From a virus (taxonomy: Duplodnaviria; Heunggongvirae; Uroviricota; Caudoviricetes): a stretch of 31,126 nt of DNA. The first letter of the stretch is position 1, and every line of letters starts with the position of its first letter. Shown one piece after another: positions 29,436-31,126 of the stretch. The translations under genes and the position numbers were made by a program. The DNA lies in IMG/VR virus record IMGVR_UViG_2874968258_000011. One strand, written 5' to 3'. Under the pieces are notes generated by a model. The model saw only the letters and a list, made by a program, of their open reading frames with translations. It made no database searches and was not told where the DNA came from.

Positions 29436-29738
29436 ATGAGCAGAAAAACCCAACGTTACTCTAAAGAGTTCAAAGCCGAAGCTGTCAGAACGGTTCCTGA
29501 AAATCAACTTTCGATCAGTGAAGGCGCTTCCCGATTATCTCTTCCTGAAGGCACTTTAGGACAATGGGTTACCGCCGCCAGAAAAGGGCTCGGTACTCCT
29601 GGTTCCCGCACGGTGGCTGAACTGGAATCTGAAATTCTGCAACTGCGTAAGGCGTTAAATGAAGCTCGCCTTGAGCGAGATATATTAAAAAAAGCAACAG
29701 CGTATTTTGCACAGGAGTCGCTGAAAAATACGCGTTAA
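29436..29738 (+). CDS. IS600 OrfA (P variant)
   Basis: 100-aa ORF. Confidence 0.9.
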   Translation: MSRKTQRYSKEFKAEAVRTVPENQLSISEGASRLSLPEGTLGQWVTAARKGLGTPGSRTVAELESEILQLRKALNEARLERDILKKATAYFAQESLKNTR

Positions 29739-29773
29739 TCGAACAATGGCGACAACAATTTCCCATTGAAGCG

Positions 29774-30592
29774 ATGTGTCAGGTATTTGGTGTATCCAGG
29801 AGCGGTTATTACAACTGGGTACAGCATGAACCCTCAGACAGAAAACAAAGTGATGAGCGGCTAAAACTGGAGATTAAGGTGGCACATATCCGCACTCGCG
29901 AAACATATGGAACCCGGCGGCTCCAGACGGAGCTGGCAGAGAATGGCATCATCGTTGGTCGTGACCGACTGGCACGTCTTCGTAAGGAGCTAAGGCTACG
30001 CTGTAAGCAGAAACGCAAGTTCAGAGCGACTACGAACTCGAACCACAATCTGCCAGTTGCGCCAAATCTGCTGAACCAGACGTTCACTCCTACAGCACCA
30101 AATCAGGTCTGGGTGGCGGACCTGACGTATGTTGCCACACAGGAGGGATGGTTGTACCTCGCTGGCATCAAAGATGTTTATACGTGCGAAATTGTCGGCT
30201 ACGCCATGGGAGAGCGCATGACAAAAGAGCTGACAGGTAAAGCCCTGTTTATGGCGCTCAGGAGCCAGCGCCCACCTGCCGGGCTAATCCACCACTCTGA
30301 TCGAGGTTCACAGTACTGCGCATACGATTACCGGGTCATACAGGAGCAGTCTGGTCTGAAAACATCAATGTCGCGTAAAGGTAACTGTTACGACAACGCT
30401 CCGATGGAAAGCTTCTGGGGAACGCTGAAAAATGAGAGCCTGAGCCACTATCGTTTTAATAACCGGGATGAAGCCATCTCAGTAATACGGGAATACATTG
30501 AGATTTTCTACAATCGTCAGCGTCGTCACTCTCGTCTGGGGAATATCTCCCCGGCAGCCTTCAGGGAAAAATATCATCAGATGGCTGCTTAA
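29774..30592 (+). CDS. IS600 OrfB
   Basis: 272-aa ORF. Confidence 0.9.
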   Translation: MCQVFGVSRSGYYNWVQHEPSDRKQSDERLKLEIKVAHIRTRETYGTRRLQTELAENGIIVGRDRLARLRKELRLRCKQKRKFRATTNSNHNLPVAPNLLNQTFTPTAPNQVWVADLTYVATQEGWLYLAGIKDVYTCEIVGYAMGERMTKELTGKALFMALRSQRPPAGLIHHSDRGSQYCAYDYRVIQEQSGLKTSMSRKGNCYDNAPMESFWGTLKNESLSHYRFNNRDEAISVIREYIEIFYNRQRRHSRLGNISPAAFREKYHQMAA

Positions 30593-30635
30593 AAAAAGAA
30601 CAAATGGTAGTGTCCGCTATTGCCAGTACACCTCA

Positions 30636-31126
30636 TTGTGAATGTCAGAAGAAACCTGACGATACTTGATATGTTCGGTCCCCCAAAAACAAATGCCGGG
30701 ATCCGGACGGTAACATTACTGCAGCCGGCTCTTGAAGCACTGAAGGAGCAATACAAACTGACCGGGCATCATCGCAAAAGCGAAATCACTTTTTATCATC
30801 GGGAGTACGGCAGAACTGAAAAGCAAAAACTGCATTTTGTTTTCATGCCCAGGGTGTGTAACGAAAAACAGAAACCTTATTACTCGGTAAGCAGTTTGGG
30901 TGCAAGATGGAATGCAGCAGTAAAACGTGCTGGTATTCGCCGCCGTAATCCGTACCATACGCGACATACTTTTGCCTGCTGGCTGTTGACGGCAGGAGCG
31001 AACCCGGCATTTATAGCCAGCCAGATGGGGCATGAAACTGCGCAAATGGTGTATGAAATTTACGGTATGTGGATTGATGACATGAACGACGAACAGATAG
31101 CCATGTTGAATGCGCGGTTATCGTAG
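30636..31126 (+). pseudogene. Tyrosine integrase, C-terminal catalytic fragment (~164 codons)
   Basis: …YHTRHTFACWLL…GHETAQMVYEIYGMW contains the H-x-x-R and terminal Tyr region of tyrosine recombinases; begins at IS600 boundary, no start codon of its own. Confidence 0.7.

Larger units (their letters stand above)
29372..30635 (+). mobile_element. IS600 copy 5, 1264 bp; no flanking duplication (GTA vs TTG)
   Basis: IS600 ends; OrfB carries one substitution (A to T in NQTF[A/T]PTAP). Confidence 0.95.

Overview
This 31.1 kb window reads as a heavily IS-invaded, defective lambdoid prophage of Shigella/E. coli type, with the IS600, IS1, IS630, IS911 and IS21-family repertoire typical of Shigella. 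All calls rest on manual reading of the ORF track and sequence; no database search was run, and family names come from recalled motifs and gene context. On the minus strand, from high to low coordinate, the late/early-right arm runs: Cro-like and YdaT-like regulators, an IS600-split replication initiator, a DnaC-like loader, an IS1-bracketed accessory block (HNH operon plus an intact hok toxin), DUF1367-like, YbcO-like, Q-like antiterminator, terminator, four phage tRNAs, an IS600 carrying a nested IS911, a phage-21-type lysis cassette (S, R, Rz/Rz1), an IS21-family element carrying a nested IS600, terminase Nu1, a terminase large-subunit stub, IS600, an IS1-split tail-associated gene and a Tfa-like gene. 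On the plus strand the early-left arm runs: CI-like repressor, small genes (one split by IS630), Rha-like regulator, three small accessory genes, IS600 and an integrase 3' fragment. I count six IS600, three IS1 and one each of IS911, IS630 and IS21-family. Six insertions have intact target-site duplications; three IS600 copies and two IS1 copies do not, marking deletion or rearrangement junctions. The most interesting unexplained items are a 27-codon hydrophobic ORF coupled to the end of the HNH/DUF551 operon, the IS1-bracketed hok module, and a ~400 bp ORF-free region with 22-bp inverted repeats upstream of the Rha-like gene.
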